Source: Azolla caroliniana
Lineage: Eukaryota; Plantae; Polypodiophyta
Length of the DNA stretch: 64,000 bases
NCBI GenBank assembly: GCA_043228905.1
Contig: JBHGNT010000004.1
Location: 19,716,001-19,780,000, forward strand
Direction: 5' to 3'
Part shown: piece after piece, positions 1-12,699 of the stretch
Layout: each line of letters starts with the position of its first letter
Numbering within the stretch: position 1 is the first letter of the stretch
The notes under the pieces: generated by a model
Database searches by the model: none
What the model was told of the DNA's origin: nothing
What the model saw: the letters and a program-made list of their open reading frames with translations, nothing else
Translations under genes and position numbers: made by a program

Positions 1-2309
1 TGGCTATAGTTCCGAGAGAGATCCTAAGGCACATGCATCCTCCACATGCAAAATACATATCATCTTCAAAATATGAGCGTAATGATATATTTAAGTCTAG
101 CATCATGGCTATAACCACCCCAACCTTGCACCACATGGTGTCTAGTAATTATGTTATAATCCAAGTCAATGAATGAAATGCACAAAAAGGGCTTGGTATG
201 CATCTCAATGTTTTAGTACACTTCAAAGCACGTGTGTTGGTATAAATTGGATCAAAATAATGTTGTAGGGATCTTCTAATTGGCTCCTTTAATGACATTG
301 TAGTCTTATAGGTTCAAAATTCAATGTGTTGCGCATTCTTTCTCTCCTTTCCTAGGTGAGTAGTCTAGGATTAGATTTGGTAATGAATATTCTTTTAGAG
401 TACAAATTGGTAGTCATAAAAAATTAGATTGATTACTTCAAATTGGTAATTGAGAAAACATAGATTGAATACTTTATTGCACCACCAACTCTCATGTAGC
501 TCTATTAGATTTATGTTGATTGCCAATCATTTGATGCATAAACTAGTAATCCTTCATTAATAATTGGATATATGGTTAGACATTAAGTTGTCTCGTGTAA
601 CTCACAACTATAACATGATTAGTAAAAACTCGGGGTCTTTGGATATATTCATGTGGTTACTTTACAATTTCTTTATAAAAGGCAATGTTTTCATCTATTG
701 GCTTGTGGAAAGCAATTTATAAAAGTAATTATCAAGAGAAGAGTATAAGGTCATTGTTATCGTAATGAAGTGAACTTGTTGATCCTTTTTTTTTAAGGCA
801 CCGTTCATTTTCAACTCTTGATGATTGCAATTGACCTTGTTAAAGCCATTTTCTTAACAAAAGTTGCATTAGCTAATGTTAGTTTAATGTTCTTAACGTA
901 AACATACAAATCTCTTTTACAATGAACTACCTAATGATTAAAATATATGAATTCATATTTTTACGGTGGACGATTTCAATGTGAGAATATAAATGTTTTC
1001 TTAGAACAGATGATTTCAAAATGTAAATATAGATGCTTTTTATAGCAATCGTAACGTTAGGCCAAATTCTGAAAAAAATGAGGGAATGCTTTTTACATCA
1101 AACGTAACATTAGACTCATGACCTTAAGGTTATAAAGTGTAAGGCTCAGTACTATGTTTATGATATATATCAAGCATACGAAGATAAGTTTTCACATTGT
1201 CCTTGAGGAGGTAATGTCTTTATTTATCAATGTGTTCAAAGATATACCGTATACAATGCACATTAATATCAAAATGTTTATCCATTCACTAATTAATAAT
1301 GGAGATACGCGAGGCTAATCACTTCACCTATCTATCATGTACCCATTTTGTCATACTTAGAGGTGGAAAATAAATATACATTTCCAATGGTAGAAATATA
1401 CACATGTAAAGAATGTAATAAACCAATCCATTAATTTCTCTACATGGCACATACATGCACAAGAATGTTGGAAGTTGTCTTATTAATGACACGGCCAAAT
1501 CTGTTGTGGTAGCTAACCTTGGGTTGAATTCAAGTAGCATATGGGCAACATATGAAATGGTGATTGTATAATCCCCAAAAATATAAATATGATAAAAGAC
1601 CATAGTTCTAGAGAAACAATTGGGGCAGTGTAGGTTGTAGCCACTATAATTTGACCATAAAGGAGTAGAAACTCAATAGCATAGCCACATAAACAAGAAC
1701 TAGTGTCAATGGTTAGGTTAGTTTACAAACAATTTCCCCTTGATGCTATATTTCCTTTTGAAGATTAACTCTGTTGTGTTAAGAGTTTATATGAATGATA
1801 TGACTTCCTTAATATTTTATCGATAAAGCTTTGCATGAATGATCTTTCATGGGCAAAATATTTAACTTCCTACATTGCTCAACTTCTAGATGAGGAGACT
1901 TATTTTGTAATGAAAGTTAACATGAAGGAGTTTGTCAACTATGCATTTCGGTTATGAAGACACGACTTGAGCTCCCAACGTACAACTTACAATGTGCAAT
2001 GGAATGAGCCTCGAGGATAGAAAAAGCCTTAAACTTTTTGAAATCGCAACACTTTCCCAAAAAGCAGCATAATTGGACGAGTGAAAAGATATTGGTAGCC
2101 GACGCAAACTTGTTGCAAAGTCCTTTTCATGAGTTAGGTTATCGTTCTAGCGCACGAATCAGGTGAAAAAGAAAACCACAATTGCGAATCATTTTTAGTG
2201 TGCTAACTTCTTGTTCCAACGTGATATGATGGAGTGAGAGAGCATGTCGTATCATTGACCCTTCTCTTCCGCCCCTCTCTATAAGAGTATGAAGAGCATT
2301 TTTTGCGTA

Positions 2310-2365
2310 GACACACACATATGTGCGTAAATGTGTGTCTACGTATATACATACATACATTACAT

Positions 2366-2414
<49 letters not shown>

Positions 2415-2474
2415 TTAATTACATGCATACACATGCACACACACACACATATACATACATACAAACATTTATAT

Positions 2475-2517
<43 letters not shown>

Positions 2518-2775
2518 TACATACATGCATGCATGCATACATACAGACATTTATATACATACACACACATACCTACATACATACATACATACATGCATGC
2601 ATACATACATACATACATACATACATACATACATACATACATACATACATACATACATACATACATACATACATACATACATACATACATACATACATAC
2701 ATACATACATACATACATACATACATACATACATACAGACATTGATATACATACACGCACATACATACATACAAA
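2310..2775. repeat. Compound (AC)n/(ACAT)n microsatellite
   Basis: Long pure runs of AC and ACAT; source of the spurious HT/CVM ORFs in the track. Confidence 0.97.
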
Positions 2776-3216
2776 GTGGCATGAGAAAAGAAGTGTATAG
2801 TATACTACCAAATACCATGGTCTCTTTTTTCTTTTTTGGATGTATGTATTTACTGTTTGTTTTTAGATAATACATTTTGTGTATGTATGTATGTATGTAT
2901 GTATGTATTGATACAAACATACATATACATATATTTCTTTTGAATTGGTCAGGACTCAGACTCACCCTCAAAAACAGGGCCCAAATCGTCGTTCATCTTC
3001 AGGGCTTTTAATTTTGAGGGCTGTCTCCCCTGTCTCTTTCTCTTCTCCATAGATCAGAAATCATCAGAGAATTCTAGAGACCAATTCAGATTAGGGCTTA
3101 GGGTTGCGCATCTATATGCTTACTTGAAGAGCAAGGATTAGAGCAGCAGCATAACCTCAGATCTGACCTCCACCTCCATTTAGCACCACAAATTGAGGCA
3201 CACCAAAAGAAAGATC

Positions 3217-3717
3217 ATGAGGTTCAGCAATGTCCTCTTGGCCATAGTAAATGCGGTAACCAGTTTAATTGGCTTAGCTCTTCTGGGAGCCGGCATTTGG
3301 GCTGCAGTCCAAAAGGGGGGCCACTACAGGGAGTGCCTGAAGGCATTCCAATGGCCTCTCATTATAGCTGGTGCTTTCATATTGCTTGTCTCTCTGTCTG
3401 GTCTCTGGGGGGCCGTGGGGCGATCCAGGTGGTTCATCGGCCTCTACCTGGGTGTCCTTGTGGTGCTCATTCTCGCGCTTATAGCGCTTACTGTGCTCGG
3501 GATCGTGATGTGGAAGAAGGGGGGAGGGCATCCCGTGGCAGGCCATGGATTCAAGGAGTATGAGCTCCAAGATTACTCCACTTGGCTCCAGCGCGAGGTC
3601 ACTGCCAAGGCCGGCAACTGGAAGAAGATCCGCCAATGTCTAGTGGATGCCAAGGTGTGCAAGAGCGTCGCGAAGTCCAAGTCCATCACGGAGTTGGACT
3701 CCATGTCTGCAATTGAG
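3217..3717 (+). CDS. TET: Plant tetraspanin, exon 1 of 2 (MRFSNVLLAIVN...SMSAIE)
   Basis: ATG at 3217; three hydrophobic TM segments and the GHGFKEYELQDYSTWL...W.KI..CL...VC motif typical of plant tetraspanins; donor GAG|GTTAGT at 3717/3718; 167 codons, phase 0. Confidence 0.93.
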
Positions 3718-3721
3718 GTTA

Positions 3722-3724
<3 letters not shown>

Positions 3725-3771
<47 letters not shown>
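3725..3771. repeat. (CT)n microsatellite at the 5' end of the tetraspanin intron (a second one at about 4309-4355)
   Basis: Pure CT run directly after the donor site. Confidence 0.95.
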
Positions 3772-3776
<5 letters not shown>

Positions 3777-4035
3777 TGCACATAATGTACTAACCAAGAG
3801 CCTAGGAGGATTGTCTCATTCTTTTCCATTTGCACATAATGATGTATGTAACTAACCAAGAGCCCAGGAGGATGGTCTCATTCTTTTTCATGTGCACATA
3901 ATGTACTAACCAAGAGCCCAGGAGGATTGTCTCATTCTTTTTCATGTGCACATAATGTACTAACCAAGAGCCCAGGAGGATTGTCTCATTCTTTTTCATG
4001 TGCACATAATGTACTAACCAAGAGCCCAGGAGGAT
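3777..4035. repeat. Minisatellite, about 5 copies of a 54-bp unit, in the tetraspanin intron
   Basis: TGCACATAAT...ACTAACCAAGAGCCCAGGAGGAT recurs at 3777, 3831, 3893, 3947 and 4001. Confidence 0.92.
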
Positions 4036-4307
4036 GTATGGAGAAGAGTATGAGGCCTGACCAAGGACACTTTACACCCCCGATGTGAGGCATGATGCCT
4101 CACTTCCTTCAAGAATGTTTAATCCTACCCTCGATCCCTCAATTTATGAGCCTCATACAACTCCTCCCAAGTTTGTAGTACTCACCATCTACTTACTTGT
4201 TTGGGCATTATTAGGAGCAAATTTTTTATAAGCTGGACACCCCACCCTCATAGGTCATGAAACTCTCGGAGTAACACATTGAACAATCCCATTGGCCTTG
4301 TGACTCC

Positions 4308-4361
<54 letters not shown>

Positions 4362-6481
4362 CGGAAGATGTATGCCCCCCCCTCTGGCAATTCAGTTTCC
4401 AATGTGCCTTGATTTCCCTTCCCTCATGTTTGCTACAATGTACCACATTTGTCTCTTGGTTTTTGTTTTTTCAGACGAGACTATTCACTGACTTCCATCA
4501 TATGTGGATACAATGCTAAAACCATGTTATGAGCCTTCGTAGATGCGCATACAAGCGGGAAGTGAAACTTGGTGCCCTTAGTCCTCTAGGGCTGATTGCC
4601 CCCCATTGGCATGCTCACCTACATAAAGAATTGGCCCTTAATGTTAAGTCCTAATCCACAATGTGAGGTGCATGGTCAGTATAGGTCTAATACTTCTTGT
4701 GCCAATTTTGTCCTGTATTTCTTAGCTTTTTCTATAATGTCACTTGACCCAATGCAAACTCATTGAATAAAATTAAAGTTTCAATGTTTTGGATCCAACT
4801 TTATGTTCTTGCTCGTCATTGATCTCTCGAGTCTCTACCCTTTTGTCCTGTTTTCCATTAACTAACAATACCAATCTTCAAGATAAAGCTCATGTTGATT
4901 GTAATTACTTTTGTATCATTGTACACTACATTAGTAATACTTGATGATTATTCCATGTTCTCTCTGTCAGGTGTAAGCTCTTGTTGTCAATCTTCATTAT
5001 TTTTAGAATGACATTATAGGTGATGCCACAATGTTTGAATCTCATTCATCATAGATTGCAATTCACAATATATTTATTTGGAACTTACTATGAATAAAGA
5101 AGGATATAACGTTTCATTCCCTATGAAGTGTACACATTAGATGTCACTAATGGCTCCGCTAAGATCAAGTATTATTCCTGCATTAATGGAGACCACATGC
5201 ACAACATCCACTTTGTTTTGCCACACCATATTACCTACCTAAATGCCAATGTGTAAGTGTGTTTATATTAATTGGGAAAAGGAGATGTTTAAAATCATTT
5301 GTGAGGGATTGTCTTAGAGTTGTAGACGTAAGGCATTAGGAGGCCTCAAATTATAGAATACGATGTATGAATGAAAGAAAGTATCTATCTGTATATATAT
5401 AAACAAAAGCATTTAAACAAGGGAGAGTGCCTCTGCTTTTGTTTACAAGCTTTACATTGCTTAACTTTTGAGACCCATTTTTAATAACTTCCTCACAATG
5501 ATAGCTCATATTTTTAATTAGAGTAGAATTTTTATTGTACCCTAGTATTGATATATTGAGCATATTAACTATTTTAAATATCATACAAGTGGAAAGTTTG
5601 CCAAGGGAAAAGTACAACCATCTTTGACCACAAGTCTGCATGGCTTCACCAAAACTATGAGAAGCTATTATCTAGAAACATTTCCATTGACAATATATGT
5701 TGCCTTTTAATTTAAGCACTGCGTTGGAACTTAGGAGTTTGGTTTCATTGTCATGTTGTGAATAATCATGAAAAGTGTTAAATAACGATGGAACGTGCAT
5801 TTCCATGTGGGTAGTTTGTCAATTCTAAATTATAATGATGCATTTTAGGGTGGTGGGGTCCATGAATTAATATAGGTGTGCATTTTGTAAAAGGAATTTC
5901 TTTTTGGTAAAGGTAGAGTAGAACGTCAAATCCAAGGTTGGTTGATCAAATACATGGATTTAAAAATAATTAAAAGACCTTCACCAATGGTAGTCCAAAA
6001 TTTTGAACTCAATGATAGATTATAAATGAAAGGAGTTTAGATAGAAAGATATATGCATTTTTATCTAGACACTTGATACATGAAGCTTAAGGGGAAATGA
6101 AGTCTGAGGATGTATGAAGAAAGATTGATTGGAAGCCCTTGTGTGGGAGATGGCAAGGGGGTCACAACCATGTAATCATGGTTCAATTTGATGTAAGGAA
6201 TATAAAAAAAAACAAAACATTATCTTCAAAATTTCCCTTTACACAAAAATCTATAGCAACAAGATGCAAATTGCACAGCGGACTTTGGGGGAGTGTGAGA
6301 ACTTAAAGCACTAAATATTCTACTTGAGCTGCCTAACCTGAAATATAGAATAATCACTTTCATTCTTAATTTGCTTTCACTTCATTTATTAATTTTTCTC
6401 ATCTAAAGAGGCACATTATTTGTTGGAGAAGTTAATCATAAAAATGATTAAGAGTTTTTGTTATTATTCGTTGATTTGCAG

Positions 6482-6838
6482 TCCGGATGTTGCAAACCGC
6501 CCACGGCATGCAACCTGACATATGTGAGGGGAATCGAATGGAGTTCCGGAAAAGGCAGCAATACAACGACAGATGGGGATTGCAAGCTTTGGAGCAATGA
6601 CACCTCTACTTTATGCTTTGATTGTGATTCATGCAAAGCCGGTGTGTTACAGAATGTAAAGGACGATTGGAAACAAATCGCCATCATCGATGCAGCTCTT
6701 TTGGTCTTCCTCCTCCTAGTCTTCTCGATTGGATATTGGGCCTTCCACCAAAGCCGCGATGACGATGATGACTATGATGACAATGTTGGAAAGTACCCCC
6801 ATCATTCGGGTGGAGCCTTCTATGTCCAGAAGGCCTAG
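6482..6838 (+). CDS. TET: Plant tetraspanin, exon 2 of 2 (SGCCKPP...VQKA*); spliced protein 285 aa
   Basis: Acceptor TTGCAG|TCC at 6481/6482; plant signature SGCCKPP, DC..WSN...LCF.CDSCKAGVL and TM4; TAG at 6836-6838. Confidence 0.94.
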   Translation, partial: SGCCKPPTACNLTYVRGIEWSSGKGSNTTTDGDCKLWSNDTSTLCFDCDSCKAGVLQNVKDDWKQIAIIDAALLVFLLLVFSIGYWAFHQSRDDDDDYDDNVGKYPHHSGGAFYVQKA

Positions 6839-8699
6839 TCCCTCTAGCCTTCACACCAAGTTATTAGCCAATTTTTTTGGTATGGTTATTGCGAAGATCT
6901 ATTCTAAATCCAATAACAGTTTCTTTTGTTAGGGTAAAGGGATCAACACGACTTCCACTTTGGCCACTATACCCTAGATTGTTGGGTTGATTCACCATCT
7001 TCACTCCTTTACCCATATTGTCTTTCTTCAATTGTTGTCTATATTATATTGTTTCCCATATGCTCATTTTTTTGTTTCATATCATCCCATTTTTTCAATT
7101 ATTGGTATGGGTTTAACTTCTTTTCTCTTAATAGTCATATTTGTTTATTTGTTGTCTTTGTGTGAAGATTTTGTAGCGGCCATGCTCCGGGAATCGCCCA
7201 TACATAAGTAACCATGCTTTGAGTTTGATGTAAGACATTTTTAAAAACTTTGTTTACGCTTCATTTTCATATAATCAATTGTAGCACTAATCACGTATAG
7301 ACATGCAATATTTGTAACCTTTAACCTCTCTTTACTTCTTCTCTTTCTACAACCAATCAAACAAAATGTGATGTATAATCAAATTAGAATGCTTTTTTTT
7401 ACATTGTCCCAATATTCAATGTTGATTATGGTAACAAACATAGGTGAGAATCAAAGCCCTAGCCCACAATCTAAATGGAAATTAGACATAGGTCTATTTA
7501 GTATCTTTCCTTTAGAGGAGTTCCTCGAAGATCTAGTTTTTCTATACACTTCACTCTCCACACCTTTCCGGGATATTGGCATTTGTACAACATGTCCAAG
7601 CTACCTACAATCTATGAAGAAAGAGGGTAGTGCTAGATGTGAAAAGGAAAGCTTTCTAACCCCATCATGTGAAAGAACAAATGAAAAAATCACTTTACTC
7701 TAAGGGAAGCAAAAAAGCTAACTTTTTGGCTCTTCCCACATTTCTTCACTTTCCCAACATAAGGTTAGAGCTTTCTCATTAATCTCTCTTCTGATCCTCA
7801 TGGCATGCCAAAGTACTTGCTTTCCCCCTCAAGTCTTTAGACTTGACTTATTTTTGTTTGATTATTATTGATGGAAGTGTTTGTAACAAGATAGAATGGT
7901 AGAAGAGAATAAAAAACAAGAGAGAAATAAGGGTAGAAGGTAAAGAGAGAGTAGGTGAATCAAGTTATAGACAATGTTTGTATGAGATGGCTATGACACG
8001 TGTTGGTGTCTATCTAGGGCGTTGTATTGTAACCTTGTCCTGTAGGATTCGTCAAGTGGGTGTGAGGTTTATCCACCAAGATTTGTGGTTGCCTTTGTAG
8101 GTGTTTGTAATCCCTTCATTGAGTCTTCAAACATTAACATGATTACCATGCAATCATCACTTACGGTTTAGCATTGGTTAGTTATGAAGAACGTGGATTC
8201 CATGGTGGTAGCAATGGTTCGTTGTTAATCTATTTCGGCCTAGGGCCGGGACCATGAATTTGTCTTGTCTCGAGGTCCAAATTGTGTTGCATGAGGCGTT
8301 GGTCATGATGTTGATCACAAACACTTGTGATCACCAATGTTTCAAGTTAATCTTAGAGTGTGATGATCATCACCATTGCATCTTAGATTGCCATGGCTCA
8401 ATGCAGGCATGGGTGTGCTTTGTAGGGGAGGTATTTGTTGTGCAACCACATAGGTATGCAAATGTTTCAACAATATGTAGAGTATATATATTGAAGGGTG
8501 TCTTGATGGGATGGGTATTCATGGAAATCAATCTCTTCGGATTTTGGTATAGATATACCATCTTCCTAGGGTTTTGCCATCATTCTTACTATCGTGGATC
8601 AATTCAATAAGGTGACACGTTTCCTTCCATGCATGAAGACTATCATTAGTTAAGAGACAAGAAATATGTTTACGTTTAGGCATCGTGGTCTTCTAGATA

Positions 8700-9545
8700 A
8701 AATCAACAATCATGAGTCATAAATCATCTAAAAAATTTGTAATTTCTTGCTCAAGTCTCAACAAGTCATTATCTACAAAATAATGCTTAAATTGAGCATA
8801 CAAATTAGACATTTGAAAGAAACAATGACATGATTAGGTTCACTTGCATTTTGCAAAGTTCAAGTACAATATGTCAATTCATTGGGTTCACTTCTTGCAT
8901 TTTGCAAAGTTCAAATACAATATTTCAATTCATTGTGTTCACTTCTTGCATTTTCCAAAGTTGAAGTACAATAATTAAATTAATTGGGCTCATTTCTTGC
9001 ATTTTGCAAAGTTCAAGTACAATAATTCAATTCATTATTCTATAGGATATACTCCAATTTTTACAAATGCAGGATATCAACCTGTTTGGACGATGCTTAA
9101 ACATCCAAAAGTATTAAGAAATCTCATTGGTGGCAATGATCCATTTCATCCCAAGAAATTGAATTGTAACTTCCCACAAAAAGTATTAAAAAATCTCATT
9201 GTTGAAGATTATCTATTTCATTCCAAGAAACTCAATTTGAACTTCTTGTCTTTTGTATAATATTCAAGCCACAAAGAAGAAGGCTACAAATCACCATCTT
9301 CTTGACTCCTCACTATAGGAACCTATGTTTTGAGTTAGAGATCTTGTATGGCCATTGCAACATAATGTGACGAGCATCATGCCATGTCACAATTTGGATT
9401 ATCAATGTCTTAGTCTATATGTGATAATAAGTTAGGTCAATGACATTACATTTCATCTTGATCTCCATCTATCTATACATGCATGTCCACCTAATGTTCT
9501 ATGTCCTATTGTTGGAATCATATGATTCTAGCTCCATTTTCGAGT
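8700..9545 (+). mobile_element. Highly decayed Ty3/Gypsy integrase C-terminal remnant, related to element B
   Basis: HFAKFKYNNSIHYSIGYTP resembles HFAEFAYNNAIHSSTRVSP of pol 27610-31182; a PC..LDYQ.L-like stretch near 9380-9415; includes about 4 tandem copies of a ~51-bp unit at 8830-9035. Confidence 0.6.
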
Positions 9546-11069
9546 TCAAATTCATGTATTATGACTTGTGGAATTGTTATTAAAGAGGATGGTGTATGAA
9601 ACCACACAATGTCATAGGTTTCACATATAGTATTCCATACATTCATGTATTGTAACATCTCACAATATAGCTAATGCAATTAGCCAAATGGCATGCGTGG
9701 ATGTTAACCAATTGGTGACCATGCATAGCATGATGATGCACTAAATATAAAGAAGGTATTGTGTTGTCAAAACCATTCCAATTCAACACCAATCTTGGGC
9801 ACATTTTTGTAAATCTTTTCCTTGTTAATAATACAAATTCCTTATTTCCGTTTTTCTTTACTCTATTTTCCAATTCAATATTGTTTTTAGCTTTGGACCT
9901 TGACCTGTAGTGCATTATATATGACATGAACCAATATGGTAAGAAGACTCTCGGTAGAACTCAAAATGTCAATTCAAGGGGAATTGACATTGACAAGATG
10001 CTATAAAGTGAGTTACATGGCTATTACCAAGAATCTCATTCCGTGACATTAGCAAGATGTGCCATGCAAAGCTCCATTACTATCATTGAGAATCTCATAT
10101 TCCATAGGTAAACAAGCTTATCAATATCCAATACCACTTCATGTGAGCTCGCTCATTTTAGATGAGAAGGTAAAGTTAGAATATTACCCAATATCATATA
10201 ATTGCACAAACCTCTTTGAATGTTGTAAGACTTGCGAAAGAAAGAAGGAAAGATATATTAATGTCTTCTAAGACCAAATTTGGCCCATGAGACGATTGAT
10301 TACAATAATGGGATGTATACCCAATTGTCAAAAGTAGGTGAATACCAATCGAAGTCTATTTGGTAGTCTTGAAGAAAAGGAAGTTCAAATTAATCAAACA
10401 TGCGAATGATGTGAGAATTTGGGGCGGATAACATGAAAGATCAAAAGATAAATCATGCAAGAATTTGCTATACAATAGGTAAAGACAAATGATGCAAGAG
10501 TTTCAGGAAATTGAATGACGTGGAAGTCTATAGTTCATGATGTGAAGGACATGGCAACTCAATCAATAAAAGATGAAACAGAATATGAATTGAAGTCGGT
10601 GCAAAGTACAACAATTGAGGGGGATGTTGGATGTGAACAAGCACCAATCACATCACATCCCTAAACAACTAAATAAAAGGTGCAATGAAGGTACATGAGT
10701 TAACCACCTCATATTTGAGGAGACCTTATTGAGGATGAAGGTATGCTGAGCATAATCTAGTTCAGATTGAGATATTAAAAAAAAAACCTCAATATGTCCT
10801 TACCTCTGAGTTGTATTTGTACACATTTCATCACTTTCGAGCACATGAGATTGATTGCTCTTTGTTGTAGTTTACCTTCATTTAATCTTTCTTTGTTTCA
10901 CTCAAAAATACATTGTTTTTTCTTCCTCTATCTCATTTACTAATGTGGTATTGGTGTATCCTAATCCGCCTAATCACACTCCCACATATTCCTAGTTCTC
11001 ACAACATATGTGGCTCACAATGATGTTCTACATCTAGCAATAAAGTGTGCATAGCATGAAAAAGGTTGG

Positions 11070-11470
11070 AACATCAATACATACATATATAAAAAGGGAG
11101 TTGAATCAAATGTAATCTTTGTGTATTTGTAACATTCTAATTTTTAACCACACTTTCTTAAGCTAAGACACAAAGTCAATGAATTTTGTTTTAGGTGATC
11201 TTTTGAAGTGGATAAGCCAGGTTATTTCTCAAGCTAAGGGCATGAGATCTCTTTGTTAGTCAAGCGACCTTGAAACATCAACACATACATATATAAAAAG
11301 GGAGGTGAATCAAATCAAATCTTTGTGGATTTTTAACATTCTAATTTTTAACTACACTAGCTTAAGTTAAGACATGAATTTTAACAAGTTCTATTTTAGG
11401 CAATCTTTTCAATTGGATCACCCAAGTTACTTCTCAAGGTAAGCTATCTAAGGGCATGAGAGCTCTTTGA
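11070..11470. repeat. Diverged direct duplication, unit about 200 bp
   Basis: AACATCAA.ACATACATATATAAAAAGGGAG.TGAATCAAAT...AAGGGCATGAGA occurs at about 11070-11250 and 11273-11465. Confidence 0.8.
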
Positions 11471-11817
11471 TATCCTCATAAATATTTCTAGTTGCTCCCA
11501 CACAAACTTGTAATGACTATTAGAATAATAAACCATATGAGAATATCCATAAACCTTCCACAACACAAAATAGTCTACTTTGAGACACAAAGAAGTTTAT
11601 TTAGGTATGGACGGGCAACAACTTTCTTTAATTCGTAAATCATACTGAAATTAATTTTTGCTTGAATTATAGTCTATAGATACACATGACGATTCTGAAA
11701 TATAGTAAAAATTACATTATCTCTAGCGCAACATTTATCGCATGTGGTACATCTGTTGGAAATGTCAACCCACATGTTTGTAATGTCATTGTGGCATGTA
11801 GTAACACCTGAGAAATA

Positions 11818-11922
11818 TTAATCCCTTTTCGCTATATCAGATACAGATCGTGAAACTTCAACCACTCCAACCCCTTTTGCGTTATCAGATACAGAAGAAA
11901 CTTCTTCCACTGCTCCATTCAT
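11818..11922 (-). CDS. Small membrane protein, coding exon 4 of 4 (MNGAVEEVSS...DIAKRD*)
   Basis: Acceptor TTATGTAG|ATG, phase 0, 105 nt ending in TAA; ends K-x-D as I recall for this family; least certain exon because it follows a 4.6-kb intron. Confidence 0.7.
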   Translation of the reverse strand: MNGAVEEVSSVSDNAKGVGVVEVSRSVSDIAKRD

Positions 11923-12699
11923 CTACATAACAAAAACTCTCTCTCTCTCTCTAATAAAAAAATTACGTTTTTGGTCTCATTGGTCATATTTTACCTCCAA
12001 AAACAATAATAGAATCTCTCTCTCTCTGCAAGACCATTGTTTCTTCAAGGCTACAAGTATTCTCTCTCTTTGCATTTTTCATTTTCGCAAGAACGGTTCA
12101 TTACAACATGGTAGCATCACTATTTTGGTCTATTCTAAAACTGAACCAAAGGATCATATACTAAACATTGCTCATAGAAATTTGAGATAATGTCAAGCAT
12201 GACTCAAAGGGCATCAATGGCTGTTGATGTGTTGGAAATGTCTAGTGGAAACTCGCATTCCTTGTATTTCAACCATATGTATGTCTTTACAAAAAACAGT
12301 GATAAAAACTGTGAAATGAAGTGCATGCACATAATGAGTCGGAAATGATTCTTTGAAGATCAGTTTGCTATGTGTGATGATATTATGGTATACGGAGCAC
12401 ATAAAGTTGATTAGACGAGGCCATAAGGAGAATCATGTCATGCTGTTGTTTGTATAATCTTGGATGATAGGAAAAGAGTTATCATTTTGGATAATTGCAA
12501 GGTGCACTTGAAGGTATGAATTTCTTTGTATCAAAAGATTGAACCCCAAGGATGCAAGAACAAAGAAGGCATGCCTATGCAGCCAGAAAAAGGGACTTGA
12601 AATGCAAAATAAGCAATGACCTATGGGATTGCATCAAGTTTGAAAATCATATTTCGGAATTGTGAGTACAAAAAGAAAAGAGGTACATTACACAACCTT

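Noticed and set aside
1-2100. Possible gene or DNA-transposon remnant
   Set aside because: AT-rich with no interpretable ORF, TIR or splice pattern
2139-2971. Many overlapping His/Thr- or Cys/Val/Met-rich ORFs
   Set aside because: Translations of (AC)n/(ACAT)n microsatellites
3193-3855. 220-aa single-exon tetraspanin ORF from the track
   Set aside because: Starts at TTG and reads through the donor into (CT)n; the supported model is ATG 3217 spliced to 6482
3777-4035. CRISPR-like regular repeat (also 8830-9035 and 20590-20810)
   Set aside because: Head-to-tail tandem units with no unique spacers, no cas genes, eukaryotic context
10300-11005. Possible decayed solo LTR
   Set aside because: LTR-like composition and a CA end, but no matching start or TSD could be fixed
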